From Zootoca vivipara (Eukaryota): a DNA stretch of 64,000 nucleotides. The stretch's first letter is position 1; each line of letters begins with the position of its first letter. The notes beneath the pieces were generated by a model. The model had not been told where the DNA came from, did not search any database, and saw nothing but the letters and a program-made list of their open reading frames with translations. Location: positions 67,580,001-67,644,000 of the forward strand of contig NC_083276.1 of the NCBI RefSeq assembly GCF_963506605.1, in the 5' to 3' direction. The translations under genes were made by a program, and so were the position numbers. Shown here piece after piece: positions 1-12,002 of the stretch.

Positions 1-179
1 TGCCTTTAATTGCCCTGCTCTCTTTTGAGTCTGGAAACCTTAAAGAGAAACCAGCAGACCCTTTGTTTAATTTCCAAGCAAAGGGTCTGCTGGTTTCTCT
101 TTACGGTTTCCAGACTCAAAAGAGAGCAGGGCAATTAAAGGCACAGAAGTCCTGTCCTCTAGTGAGTCCGGCAATCCTA
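1..179. mobile_element. Hairpin-type MITE, truncated by window edge
   Basis: 65-bp inverted arms 1-65 and 79-143 (1 mismatch); ends ggcaatccta like the tagggttgcc-TIR family. Confidence 0.65.
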
Positions 180-969
180 CCTGCAGTTCAACAGGGAGGG
201 GGCCCATCAGATCTCACCTGGAAGGGAGTAGAATAAAAGGATCCCTTTCCCACATAATAGTATATAGCTTTAGCTCGCCTCGTGCTGATACTTGGCAACA
301 ATCGTGTTGGGCTCCCCCACTCCCTTTGGGCCAAGTCAAAGTGATGTCAGGTAACTTATTCTTTGCTATCTGAAATCAAACCATATTTTCAAAGGCACAG
401 TGCTTTGCAAGCACTCATGATCAGATGGCCCATTTGCTTACTTTCAATAATGGACATAATAGTTCTATGAACTGGCCCTTATTTCTCAACAGATAGACAT
501 GTGTAAGTGGCCTGTTATGGGACATACATACTGCTGCACCAATCCAAAGCCACAAACTATGATGGACAGCTGCTGTTGGATGCAGTTTGTTCGTGTTTTA
601 CAGGTAAATATGCTGCATAGATTCAACATTGCATGTACATTGCATCTTAACAAAATATGTTCAGGCAACTGGAATGTAACCTTTAATTAGATGTGCAAGG
701 CAGTGTTTTAAATTCGAATGCTGGTAAGTAGGAAACCTATTTTTAAAAAAGAAAGATTTGTCCAACCTCTGCTGGATTAAGCTTCTCATTCTCTGGCTTC
801 ATCTATGACAAACGGTCACAACAAAAGTCTCATCATCACCTCATTCACTTGCCAGTACAAGGAAGGTCTTCAATTAATCTTGCACTCCAGCAAAAACATT
901 GTGGCTCCTACTCAAGGTCCAAGAGCTGCCCACCCCCACCCCCATCATTGGGTTGTGTTTGTCCTCCAG

Positions 970-1126
970 TCATTCTTCGGTATTACCATCAACTGGAAAC
1001 CAGAAATATTCAATGATTTTCCTGCCTCTTCTAGCTGGTGTTTTCTCATGCAGTTCAGCAGGACAAAGTCCACACATCTGAGGATGTCCAAGGTTTGAAC
1101 TGGGTGCGACAACTCTGTGCAAAATC
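970..1126 (-). CDS. Coiled-coil gene terminal exon I (ILHRVVAPSSNLGHPQMCGLCPAELHEKTPARRGRKIIEYFWFPVDGNTEE*)
   Basis: tctctgcag acceptor; the phase required by exon G gives 51 codons to TGA at 970-972. Confidence 0.72.
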
Positions 1127-1264
1127 CTGCAGAGACATAAAGACTCACCATAATAGTTAATGCAAAAACTCAGTATGTCTGCACCATAGTTTCTCTACTG
1201 CATGTTATTGCCCCATTTCATTGGTATGTATTTATTTATGCCTCCTTTTGGTGCATGTAAACTT

Positions 1265-1505
1265 TAGGGTTGCCATACGTCTGGAATTTCCTGGACATAT
1301 ATGGAATACTGCAGTTGGAAGCAGTGTCCGGGCAGAAATTGCCGAAATGTCCGGGGAAATCCAGATGTATGGCAATCTGTGACAGCAGTGTCGTTATTTT
1401 TGCTCCAAAAATCCTTTTCTTTTTCTTTTCTTTGTTTGTGTGAAATTGCCACAAAAGCTCAACAACTTTTCTGTCTGGATTTCTGTCTGAAATATGGCAA
1501 CCCTA
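1265..1505. mobile_element. MITE with tagggttgccata TIRs
   Basis: tagggttgccatac ... atatggcaacccta; related copy at 4117-4274. Confidence 0.78.
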
Positions 1506-1510
1506 ATGTA

Positions 1511-1836
1511 CAGCGGCGGGCCGGAGGGCAGGGGAGTGCGCGCCCATGCGCATGCGCACACGGTCGGGAAAAAATCGCCGAAAATCGCTTGTGCGCATGC
1601 GTATGGGCCTCCCCCGACCCGGAAGTGCATTGGAAATGACCTCTTCTGGGTCGGGAGAGGCCCATATGCATGCGCACAAAGGATTTTCGGCGATTTTTTG
1701 CTGATTTTGAAGATCGCCGCCGCGCCGCGCGCCGTAAGAGTGGGCGGGGGCAGCGGGCGGCGGGGGTCGTCGCGGGCCGGATTGGGAGGCTAATTGGGCC
1801 GCATCCGGCCCGGGGGCCATAGTCTGGGGAACCCTG
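1511..1836. mobile_element. CpG-rich hAT(Charlie)-like non-autonomous element fragment with internal palindrome
   Basis: Ends gggccgcatccggccc..ccatagtctggggaaccctg, as in Charlie/MER30-type termini; inverted repeat 1569-1699. Confidence 0.6.
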
Positions 1837-1838
1837 GT

Positions 1839-2156
1839 CTAGGGCTTGCTGATCAGAAGGTCGGCGGTTCGAATCCCTGTGACAGGGTGAGCTCCCGTTG
1901 CTTGGTCCCAGCTCCTGCCAACCTAGCAGTTCGAAAGCATGTCGAAATGCAAGTAGATAAATAGGAACCACTACAGCAGGAAGGTAAACGGCGTTTCCAT
2001 GTGCTGCTCTGGTTTGCCAGAAGCGGCTTTGTCATGCTGGCCACATGACCTGGAAGCTATACGCCGGCTCCCTCGGCCAATAATGCGAGATGAGCGCGCA
2101 ACCCCAGAGTCGGTCACGACTGGACCTAATGGTCAGGGGTCCCTTTACCTTTACCT
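1839..2156 (+). mobile_element. Sauria SINE (5' A-box region missing)
   Basis: B-box GGTTCGAATCC at 1866-1876, typical body, (TTTACC)n tail. Confidence 0.9.
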
Positions 2157-2968
2157 AATGTACAGTATATACAAGTAATGATTAGTATGGAAGAAATGAG
2201 GGGCAAGAGAAAAAAGGACAAGTAGAGTGTTTGGAATACGAGGCTGGATCAGTCTGTACAAACAGATTTGCTCCCTGTACAAGTGAGCAATCACTTGTTG
2301 GCTCCCTAGTTTACTCACTGAAAGCAGCAAACAAAAGGAAATGCTTCTCACGATCATCAGAACAAACATTATGGGGAAGTGTTCTCTCTTTAACAAGATG
2401 CTGACTTCCCCCCTTGACCAGAAGTCAAACTCAGGAGTGCAGCCCTAATCTAGGGGTTCCCAACATAGTGCCCACGGGCACTAGTGTACCTGCCAGTACC
2501 TCCTATATGGCACCTACAAAAGGAAGGTCTCACTAAATATCCCCTAAAAATTCACAATGCATGAGAGAGCTCTTCCTGTTCTCTTCTTTGCAGTGCCTCA
2601 GTCTCTCCTACACTAAACACCCACAGTTCATCATATGCCAGGAGGAGAGAGAGAAGAGTGGAGATGCAAAGAGCTGTTCTCTATGAACGAGTGCAGCAAT
2701 GCTTTATGTAGGTCCCCCCCCGCCGCCGCCGCCAATTGATAGGATGTGGATGTGCTTGTCCACACCATTCTGTGGCCCTGTCTCTTTTTCTGCTCTTTTG
2801 GCTATGGCAGCCATCCTGTATTATGCCACATCCTACAGCAGCCATTTTGTGTTAAGCAGCACAACCCCCACAGTAGCCATTTTGTGACCTGGCTATGGCA
2901 TAATCTCAAAACTCCAAATAGCCCCCAAAGTTTGGCAACCCTGTTCTGATTAATCTAAGCAGTAGGAC

Positions 2969-3210
2969 GTTGTTGTTGTTTTTTAGTCGTTTAGTCATGT
3001 CTAACTCTTCGTGACCCCGTGGACCAGAGCACTCCAGGCACCCCTGTCTTGCACTGCCTCCCGCAGTTTGGTCAAACTCATGTTCGTAGCTTCAAGAACA
3101 CTGTCCAACCATCTCATCTTCTGTCGTCCCCTTCTCCTAGTGCCCTCAATCTTTCCCAGCATCAGGGTCTTTTGCAGGGAGTCTTCTCTTCTCATGAAGT
3201 GGCCAAAGTA
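2969..3210 (-). mobile_element. BovB-like RTE LINE 3' fragment
   Basis: ORF 3001..3195 nearly identical to the end of ORF 40056..40808; (AAC)n tail. Confidence 0.9.
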
Positions 3211-3951
3211 ATTTACAAAGTAACTTACTTACTCAGGTAACTTACTTTTCCTTAAATAATAACAAGTGTGGGGAAGCCACACTTACTAAAAAAGCAGTGC
3301 CCAGGGAGGGGAGACTTATCTCTGCACTCTCCTCCACAATGAGTGAAAAAAGGATCCTTTGGATCCTCTGGTCTGGTTTATGCAGGGTTAAAAGCGAGCA
3401 TATTCACCTATTTCTGAAGAACATTTTTTTTCCTTTAAAAAAACAACAACCCTGATTGCATTGTATTACAGCTGGTGGGAGAACTGCTTAACACGTTCAA
3501 AGTGACCTCAGCTTGGTGTCTGTGCTGTCTTCTACCAAGTTAATGCAAAAAGAAGGGTGGCAAACTCAAACTAGAGACAGCCTAGTTGTGATACTTTTTC
3601 CATCCAACATTATTTTTATGAAGCTGGGAGTATGTTCTGTGCCTTTAATTTTAAAAAAAAATCTGCATAGCTGAGATTAAAGATAAATTTTGTTTTTATT
3701 CAGTTTACCAAGCGACTATGATAACAAAACTACATTTGGGATAAATTAAGTAAGTGGAGGGGGTAGAGCAAAGAAAAAAATAGTCACTTTTTTTTTACTA
3801 TGTTTAGCCCTTTATATGTTGGAAGAAAGCAAAGCCATATACAGTATATAAACCTTAATTGGCTCTCCAGGGTACCCACTAAGTTTCCCAGTCCCCTCAC
3901 ACAAAGGGGTAAGTTGATGAAAATTGTTCATTTGACAGCTGATATTTAGAT

Positions 3952-4088
3952 CAGCCTTCCTCATCCTGGTGCCCTCCAGATGTTTTGGAGAGCAGCTGTC
4001 ATTATCCCTGACCACCGGCTCTGCTGGCCAGGGCTGATGGGAGTTTGGACTCCAAAACATCTGGAGAGTATCAGGTTGGGCAAAGCTG
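3952..4088. mobile_element. Older hAT-type MITE of the same core family
   Basis: ctccagatgttttggag...ctccaaaacatctggag inverted core; related decayed copies near 12630, 19050, 19950 and 24360. Confidence 0.7.
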
Positions 4089-4116
4089 GCTCAGGTTAAT
4101 AAAGCACTGATTTACA

Positions 4117-4274
4117 TAGGCTTGCCATATGTCAGGAAGATTCCTGACATGTCCTTGTTTCCGGGTGTAAAAAATGGTGTCGGGGAAATTTTGCAGAGTC
4201 GGCAAAATGTCAGGGAAAACCTGAATGTATGGCAATGTGATGGAAAAAGCAGCTTTTTAAATATGGCAACCCTA
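4117..4274. mobile_element. MITE with tagg(g/c)ttgccata TIRs
   Basis: taggcttgccatat ... atatggcaacccta, flanked by duplicated atttaca. Confidence 0.75.
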
Positions 4275-6296
4275 ATTTACAAAGGCTTTACAGAACAATA
4301 AATAATACATGTTTCTTTGCTGAGGAACACAACATCTTTAGGCCGGGAGCGGCACATAACAGAGAAAGACGAGCAGAAAGAGCAACAAGTGATAAGTGCG
4401 GAGAATTTAGAAGCTACGTGAATTTAGGGTTTATCTCACTGAGGGCTAAAAGGTAGCGCATAGGCTCCGCAGCATGTGTGATTTTGAGGAAAGATCTGAA
4501 GGAAGGAAGAGAAGTGCCACCACACAGGTTTTCTGGGAGGGATTTTCAAACAAAAGGGGTGATGGTAGGACGTAGTTCCTGGGCTAAAGTGAGTCCCTAT
4601 AAGAAAGCCACACTGGAGGGGCTCTGCTGGGTTGGGTTAGATCAAAAGGTCCACCTTGTCCTGTTTCTTACAGCGGCCAACTAAAAATGCCTCTAGGAAG
4701 CCCACAAGCAGGACATTAGAGGCAAAATCCCTCTCCTGTTGTAGCTCTCCAGTAACAGTTACTCAGCAGCCTACTGCCTCTGAAACTGGATATTCCATTT
4801 ATCCTCTATGACTTGTAGCCATTGGCAGCCTGATCTTCCGTGAATTTGCCTCATAAAGTCATAAACGTAAGTCGATGACCATCAAGACTACCTTGAGATG
4901 GTCATCTTGTGACATATATGTGCTGTGTGAAAATGTATTTCCTTTCCTCTGTCCTGAATTTTCCAACATTTAGCTTCATCGGATTGCCCTAAGTTCCAGT
5001 ATTATGAGATGGAGGGAGGCACAACAATTTTCTCTGCACCAGGAGTATTTTTTAAAAAATGCTTTTATTTACCAGTACCCCTCACTGAGCCACTTTTTTT
5101 GCTAAACTGAAAAGCCCCAAACATGGTAACCTTACTCTGTAGCGAAAATGTAGCTTCCTGATAATTTTGGTTGCCCTTTTCTGCATCTTTTCCAGTCCTA
5201 CAATCTCCCCCCCCTTTTTTTTTAAGATGGAGCAGCCAGAATTGTACATAATATTACTGTAGCACCCTTATGCAAACACTCTCCAACAGTATCTATAGAT
5301 GGAGGCCCTGGGCAATCAGTTCAAGACAATAGGCAGCAACCCGATGGATACTGTTCCAGCTTAGGTTTGCAGGCAGGATCAGCTGTGGCTGCTGCCCATT
5401 GAGATTTGTGGGGTGGAAGGCAGAGCTAGAGCTGATGAAATGCAGAGCCAACTAACCTAGTGTTGTCCCCATCTTCCTTCTTACTTACTGAGGTCTACAT
5501 TGCAGCACTGAGGAATCTGGCCGCCAGGGACATTTTCAGGACTAATGTGTAGGAAGAGAGAGAGGTGGAGGCTGGCTGAGAACAGACTGAGGTTGGCGGG
5601 TCAGTGCCTCATTTGACCTAATGGACCCACTTCCAGTGGGCAGGATAGCAGGTTGAGTGAACCAAGAATACAGGAGGAATGGAGAGGCGGATGACAAGAA
5701 CAGACTTCAGGTTGCAGCAGATTGATTCGGGGTGTCATGTTAAGGGAAGTGTGTCTGTAGACTGCCAATATTTTGTGGGAGGGATTCAACCACTTACTGG
5801 GAAATTCAGGTTTGCACAACTGAAGTATCTTCAAAAGTAGCCATAATTGCAACAAATCCACGAAAAAGAAAAAGAAACATTTACTTATTTATACTTTTGT
5901 ATAAATGGGAAAACACATCGAAAAGTGTGGAATGAGATCATTATTAAAGGTAAGACACAAGCAAATCAGGGTAAATGTTCACTGTCGTATGAACTCCCCA
6001 CAAACAAATCCGTATGAATGTTCAATAAAGACTGGATGTAATCCAACATATTCATTAAACGCTGTGCAAACTAATCTGGTTGCTTAGTAAGTAGGTCGCC
6101 TGGAAGAGCCCAGAGATTCTCTCACATTGATGGCAATGGACTGGGCAAAAGAAGAGGGTGAGCACTTGCCAGTCAAGGCACAACACAAAGTTGTCTCACA
6201 CAAAGACAGCTCACAGAGGAATTTGCTCATCTCTCAGCAGCTGCTCACAGATCCTCCTCCTCTACACTCTCTTTGTTCTTTCCGATTCTTCCTCAC

Positions 6297-6338
6297 ATTA
6301 CTGCCACTTCATTTTTTATCAATTTCTCCTTCAAATAT
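6297..6338 (-). CDS. Coiled-coil gene possible optional exon H (YLKEKLIKNEVAV)
   Basis: ttacag acceptor, weak AT|gtgagg donor; 42 nt, phase 2-2, can be skipped without frameshift. Confidence 0.35.
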
Positions 6339-6756
6339 CTGTAACTACAAAGTTCAAACTAAAAGCCCACAACGGTTGACTAGCTAGGATTTCAAGGATT
6401 CCTAATGGATTATTTTAGGAGAAAAATGATTAAAGGAGCAAAAAGCTCTTTGAAGAGCTGAACTCTTGTGGGTCTTGATTTTCCTGGGCATGAAATTTTG
6501 CTCCCATTTTTATTTTCACAGAGGAGCCAATTTTCTGTTACCTAGTAGGGAGAGGAGGGATGGAAAGAGGTTGACAGTTAGTGTTGTCAGAGGATACATG
6601 AAAAGCAGAAGTAATGAGATGTGCCTTTCCATCAGTTTATTTCCTGTCTTGAATATGCCAGTAAACATATTAATTTATTACCTGTCAGATGCTCTGCACA
6701 GATAGCTCACTGTGAAGTTGGAGGTTAAGAGATGTCAGAGACTATAAAAGTCCTAC

Positions 6757-6824
6757 CTGTCAGTGCTCTTGGCCTTTTCTTCATTGCCAACACCAGGGAT
6801 TGAAAAACAAACTTGCTCTCCTTC
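6757..6824 (-). CDS. Coiled-coil gene exon G (EGEQVCFSIPGVGNEEKAKSTD)
   Basis: tgtttcag acceptor, CAG|gtagga donor; 68 nt, phase 0-2. Confidence 0.75.
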
Positions 6825-7299
6825 CTGAAACATAGGCAAAAAGCAAGAAATAAGAGCTTCTTTATAAATATAGGATTGCTTCCACTTCACAGTGATTACT
6901 TAACGTCTTGTCAACATGGCTGAAACCTGTGTGGGGCTGATTCAGAGGGATTACATTGAAAATTTGAGTTTTACCACCTCCTTAAAAAAAGAAAGTGCTC
7001 CTGAATTAACAGCGACCTGTGCTTATGCAGTTGTTTCAAAGATTTTCTCCCCACCCACAAGGTTCTCTGGATGGTGTTTTACTCCCCACTTCCTGGTGGG
7101 TTTTTACAAATAAAGCTTTACAGAAAGAGAAGGCTATCACTCTTCTCACTCCCACCCTTCTTCCTTGAAACCATTAATGGAGGGTAGTTTATTTGTGGGG
7201 CCACCTTAAACCTTATGAGAAGCCCAAAAGCTCCCCTTAGTGGGGAGGATGCCGGATTATAGGTACATACCAATATATGTGGTGGGAATGCTCACAAAC

Positions 7300-7785
7300 A
7301 GAACAATTCTGGAAGGAAGTCTTGAAAGAGATATCTCATAGCCCATACCCTGGTCTTAGCCTTACTTATTCTATATACTTCAGCTGTGGACCAACTAAAA
7401 GGTAAGGAATTAATAAAACATTTATTAAAAGCAGCTAGAATGGTCGTAACCAGAACCTGAAAAACATTGCAAACAACCATAGTGGAAAAGTTGTTGCAAA
7501 AACTGAAGGTGTCAAGGAGACAGAAATAACAAGATAATTTTTACACTGTATGGTATGATTTTATTAAATATATAAATGAAACAACATAAGTACATGGACA
7601 AGGAATACCATAGAAATGGCGTAGATATTATGCATTGTGAAATAAGATGTATGTATTTACCCCCCCAATGAACAATTTGTTAGTCTTGTAATGTTTTATT
7701 ATTTATGTTTGCACAAATAAATTATAATTGTTTTGTGAATGCTTTGTTACTGATTTTGTAACAGAAAATTAATTTGAAAAAAAGA
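7300..7785 (+). mobile_element. Degenerate L1/Tx1-like LINE 3' fragment
   Basis: KELIKHLLKAARMVVTRT-like C-terminal motif followed by AT-rich tail; boundaries approximate. Confidence 0.5.
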
Positions 7786-8119
7786 AAACCTTGTGAGAAT
7801 ACACCACACAAACTGGTTATGGGTCCCTCATGATTTAAATGAATAATATTGAGTTGGCTGTTTGGCTGCCCCTGGTATAGACAATATATTATGACCACTG
7901 GCCATGTGGTTGGGGCTGATGGGAATTGAAAGCCACCATTTGGGCTACCTAGATATAAAGCTGGGGTTTCAGTCAGAAATCTTTCCCAGCTCTATGTAGA
8001 GATATTGGAGATAGGGAAGTTGTGATATCTGAGCTACAAGTGGCCCTTCCTCACATAGACCCTTCATATGGAAGAGGAAGAAGCAAAGCCACTAGGGGCC
8101 ATTTTGTGTGAGCTAGGTA

Positions 8120-8287
8120 CCGTATTTTTCCGTGTATAAGACGCCCCCATGTATAAGATGCCCTCTATTTTTGGGGACTCCAAATTAAGAAAACATCCTT
8201 CAGCACTACCCGTGTATAAGACAAGCCCCAATTTCAAACCTAATTTTTTGGTTAAAGAAACCTAGTCTTATACATGGAAAAATGCGG
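8120..8287. mobile_element. Tc1/mariner-type MITE
   Basis: TIR ccgtatttttccgtgtataagac / gtcttatacatggaaaaatgcgg with TA on both sides. Confidence 0.82.
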
Positions 8288-10095
8288 TATGTCAAATCAG
8301 CTGGAGAGATCCATCTCAATTTTTAATATTGATTAAAACAGGGGGAGATCTGACTTATTTACAATTCTGACAAAGAGGCATATAATTTAATTCTGCTAAT
8401 GATCAAATGTAAGAAAATAGATCATTCCCAAAATATCTCACAGGTTAATCAGATCATTGATTTCTACATAATTGCCTCATACCCATCTTGTGCTGTTTTT
8501 CTGAGCGAATCCCACGTTAGCACGCCCTTCCCCTAACCTTTAATGTTTTTAAAGAACGTAATAGTTAAGCAAATAATAGTTGGCGGTTGCAAGTTGCTGT
8601 TGGATACCTAAAAATACCTCCTAGAAGGAGTGCCCTGCGCATATAAATCAAAAGCAATTCCATGACAATAAGCTCATCACAATAGAACAGGAGGCTGCCA
8701 AGAGACAAATAATTAGAGCCTTCTCTCAGGAATTTAAAAATATGATTAAAGTGAACCCTACACACACCATTTCATTTAAAAATTCCAAATGTTATAAATT
8801 AAACCAATTTCTAACTCCTGTCGGTTTATTTTTGAGCAAATTAATCAGTCAGATTGCCAAAGCTAATTCAGTTACGACAGCATGGGTGGGCATATTTGGT
8901 AAATTTATTCACATCTTGGCTGCCTCTTTCAAAAAATGAGTTGAATCCCACAGCAGAAGATAAACAGATCTTTCCTCTGATGGTAGGAGGTAGGCATGAA
9001 TGCTACCCACACAAAATGATTTGCCTGTTTTCTTCTATTCTAGACTCACATGATACAAAGCTATTCCATCCATGAATACAACATTCAATGCAAAACACTA
9101 TTGGTATTTTGGCATGTCAAGTTAGGAACATATCCTTCAATTGTCTGCATTAAATTTAGCTATTGGCCAAACATCTTCCAATAATACTAAGGGGCTAAGT
9201 GACATGTAGTTACATGTTGTTGGTAAATTCTCCACATGTGCCTCTCTGCCAGGCAGAGTGAGAAAGTCTTGGGTTTCTAATTTAGGAACCATTGCTTCTT
9301 GTTATGTACTACCAGTAACTATAGAGATATATAGTGCCTTGTCCATTTTGCCACTAAGGGCAGATGCTGAAATTAGCAACAACGTTTTTCTTTTTATTTC
9401 ATTTTTTGTCCTTTTTGTTTGTTAAATAATAAAACTAAATGCCACACTAAATGCCTTGGACTGTTACACTAGGGCTCCATTTATGTTCTCATAACGCTCT
9501 GTACTAATAAGTAAAACTTCTGAGTTCAGTGGGGCTTCCTCCCAAGAAAGTGCATACAGAACTGGAACATTAATGCCTAAAATCCAAGGAAGTTGTCCTG
9601 CGCCAGAGAATAATCCAATTCTCTCTAGGAGGGGAATAAAAAGCAAATCCATAATTCCAGTTGATCACTTTTTCTGTTTGACTGGGAAAGGCAATTTAAT
9701 AAATTTCGGCCTAACCTTAAGGTTCTCTTTGTTACTTGTGTGCACATGGCACATTACTTTGTCTTTTTTAAAAAAACAAAAATCAAAGTGAAATTGATCT
9801 ATAATTAAGTATATTAATTTGCTGTTTAGTGGTGCATCCCAAAAGGCAGGTGCAGTGGTGATACACAAAGTTTTTTTGTGTACAAAAGTTTTTACAAAGC
9901 ATTTTGGAAAGGAAAAGTTGGAGGTGAGTGAGTGTTAGCTTGATACTTAACAGGCTGTTATTTCCACTAGTCCAATATACTATCATCCAAATTTCATATT
10001 TGAAATATGCTTATTCTGGCACATTTGCTTATTTATATAAAAAAGACAAACTAGTCCTGAGCTGCAATCCTGAGCTCTTTGTCTATTATCTAGAG

Positions 10096-10231
10096 CAGGC
10101 ATGTCAAACCTGCGGCCCTCCAGATGTTTTGACCTACAACTCCCATGATCCCTAGCTAGCAGGACCAGTGGTTGGGGAAGATGGGAATTGTAGTCCAAAA
10201 CATCTGGAGGGCCGCAGGTTTGACATGCCTG
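10096..10231. mobile_element. hAT-type MITE
   Basis: Long TIR caggcatgtcaaacctgcggccctccagatgttttg; perfect 8-bp TSD atctagag (10088-95, 10232-39). Confidence 0.9.
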
Positions 10232-10763
10232 ATCTAGAGCACTGTTTCATTCTGTACACGTTTACATGGTGCCATTTCCATCTTGTGACATATGCAACAC
10301 AGTACTGGTGTTTTCCTCTCTGATCTCAATGGAAGTAAATTCCATGTTGTTTACTGTTGGTTTTTGTTCTAAGGTGCTTTCAAAGCTCTTCTCTTCCCTT
10401 AGCATACAAAAAGGCCATGTGTTTGGTAAGTTAAAAATAGTTTACTTACAAACTCTTCAAAGGTCAGATTTATTGTTTTTCCATAGAGCAATAAGAAAAC
10501 ACAGGCAGTAAAACTTAGGTTCCAGAGTAGTGAATGTTTCTAAATTATTCGTACAGAAACACAACTATAGCTTGTGTAAGCCATGCAGTGTGAACTTGGA
10601 GCAACTGGTTCAGATCTCTTTGCTTGCTGGAGTTCACACGGTGGTATGAAAGAACAAGGAGTTTTATAAGCTTTCCTTGCAAGGTGAGGGACAGTGACAC
10701 TTTACTCTATGGTCTTAACCCCTTCGTGCATTAATTATAGGATTCTGCTTATCCCACACTTAC

Positions 10764-10862
10764 CACAAATCTCTGTGGAGTTCCATCTTCATTTCTTAAT
10801 ACTGTTATGTGCTCATTGCTTTCATTGATACACAATAAATAGCTCTTCATTTTCACCTGACA
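10764..10862 (-). CDS. Coiled-coil gene exon F (CQVKMKSYLLCINESNEHITVLRNEDGTPQRFV)
   Basis: Long pyrimidine tract + tag acceptor, GTG|gtaagt consensus donor; 99 nt, phase 0-0; not in ORF track. Confidence 0.82.
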
Positions 10863-11788
10863 CTAAGAAGAGAAGGGAAGAAGAAATGTTGATGGCAAAG
10901 TTTAACCTTATTTGGGGCTTCTTATTCAGAAATACGGGGGGGGGGGGGTATACTACCAGGAAGACACAAAAGGCATCCTGCATTGAATTACTTATTTGTT
11001 TTCCTTCAGAAATGTCGTAGTGTGAATCCAGTGGATTTCCACTTGTACAACAGGATATCACCACCTTCTCTGCACCCCAAAATCTGCTTAGGAGAGTATC
11101 CCAAAGGTGCAGGGGGTGCAGGGAAGGGGGAAGAGGAAGATGGCATCCCATTCCACTCAGGCACATACAGTGATTATTCCATAGCTAGGACTGACTGTTC
11201 AAAGAGAGATCTGTAAACTGGAGAAGCTAGAGGCTGAAGTGTGTAAGCTTCAGCACTGTTGACCAGGCAACAGTGAAGTCAGAAGGCCAGGCTCTGGCAG
11301 CTAGCTATACCAGGGTTCTGCGATGTAAGCACACACAAGGTCAAACAAGACATTACTTTAAGCACAGGATTAGAAACCACGCTTATACAGACTTTGTGTC
11401 TCTGCTAGCAAAACAAAACCCTGCTGTTGAGTGCTCCCTCCTTTTAGTCAGGACTGTGATAGGGGTTAATCTGTTTCCTTGCATCACTTCCACTCCACCC
11501 CACCCCAGCTGCTATTTGCCAGAGGACAGAGGGGAAAGGGATAAACTCCCCTCAACCTGAGCCACAGTTTAAATTCAGGCTGTGGCTGTGTGGGAACAGG
11601 ACCTTGCAGTTGCTTTTTCTAGACAAAGAGCCAGTCTAAGTTCATTTTTTAAACATATGTTTTAAGTTGTGTCTTGCCGCAAGTAGCTCACTGGATCAGT
11701 TACCTCTAGCCATGAGGGCTCCCAGAACAAAACCCAGAGTCACTGACAGAGCCATTCAGATTTCATAATGTATCAAAGTGGTACATAC

Positions 11789-12002
11789 AGCTTTATTTTG
11801 CCTTCTTGATTTTTCTTCTTCTTGGGATTGCCAGAGGTCTGCCATGGCACTATATTTCTTCATCCACATCTCACACTGTTTTTCCTTCTCTTCTTTCTCC
11901 CGTTCTAGCAAGCGCTTCCCCCTTTCCGCCTCGTAATGAAGCAAGGTTGCTTTCTCTAAGGCTTCTTCAGCAGCTTCTGTTCGACATCTTTGAGAGATTT
12001 CA
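11789..12002 (-). CDS. Coiled-coil gene exon E (EISQRCRTEAAEEALEKA...CEMWMKKYSAMADLWQSQEEEKSRRQNKA)
   Basis: ttccag acceptor, gtatgt donor; 214 nt, phase 2-0 matching exon D. Confidence 0.88.

Noticed and set aside
1-960. EIF4G2 3' end or SNORD97 expected from synteny
   Set aside because: No recognisable EIF4G2 coding sequence or C/D snoRNA in the window
945-1151. ORF-track frame MVSLYVSAGF... as the last exon
   Set aside because: Phase incompatible with exon G; the alternative frame (ILHRVVAP...IEYFWFP) fits the acceptor at 1126
1860-1880. tRNA gene (B-box GGTTCGAATCC)
   Set aside because: Part of the SINE head; no cloverleaf
1459-1971. 170-aa and overlapping GC-rich ORFs
   Set aside because: They span a hAT-like fragment and a SINE; openness is explained by high GC content; no splice context or recognisable domain
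10262-10398. Minus-strand open stretch EEKSFESTLEQKPTV...GNGTM* as an extra exon
   Set aside because: Needs phase 2, but exon F ends in phase 0 (gives an early stop); weak acceptor
10906-10915. Another perfect CArG box (CCTTATTTGG)
   Set aside because: Intronic, with no supporting context; such matches are expected by chance
10822-11216. ORFs 10822..11166 and 10983..11216
   Set aside because: Overlap a dispersed repeat also seen near 46800-46900 (ttccacttgtacaacagg); not coding-like
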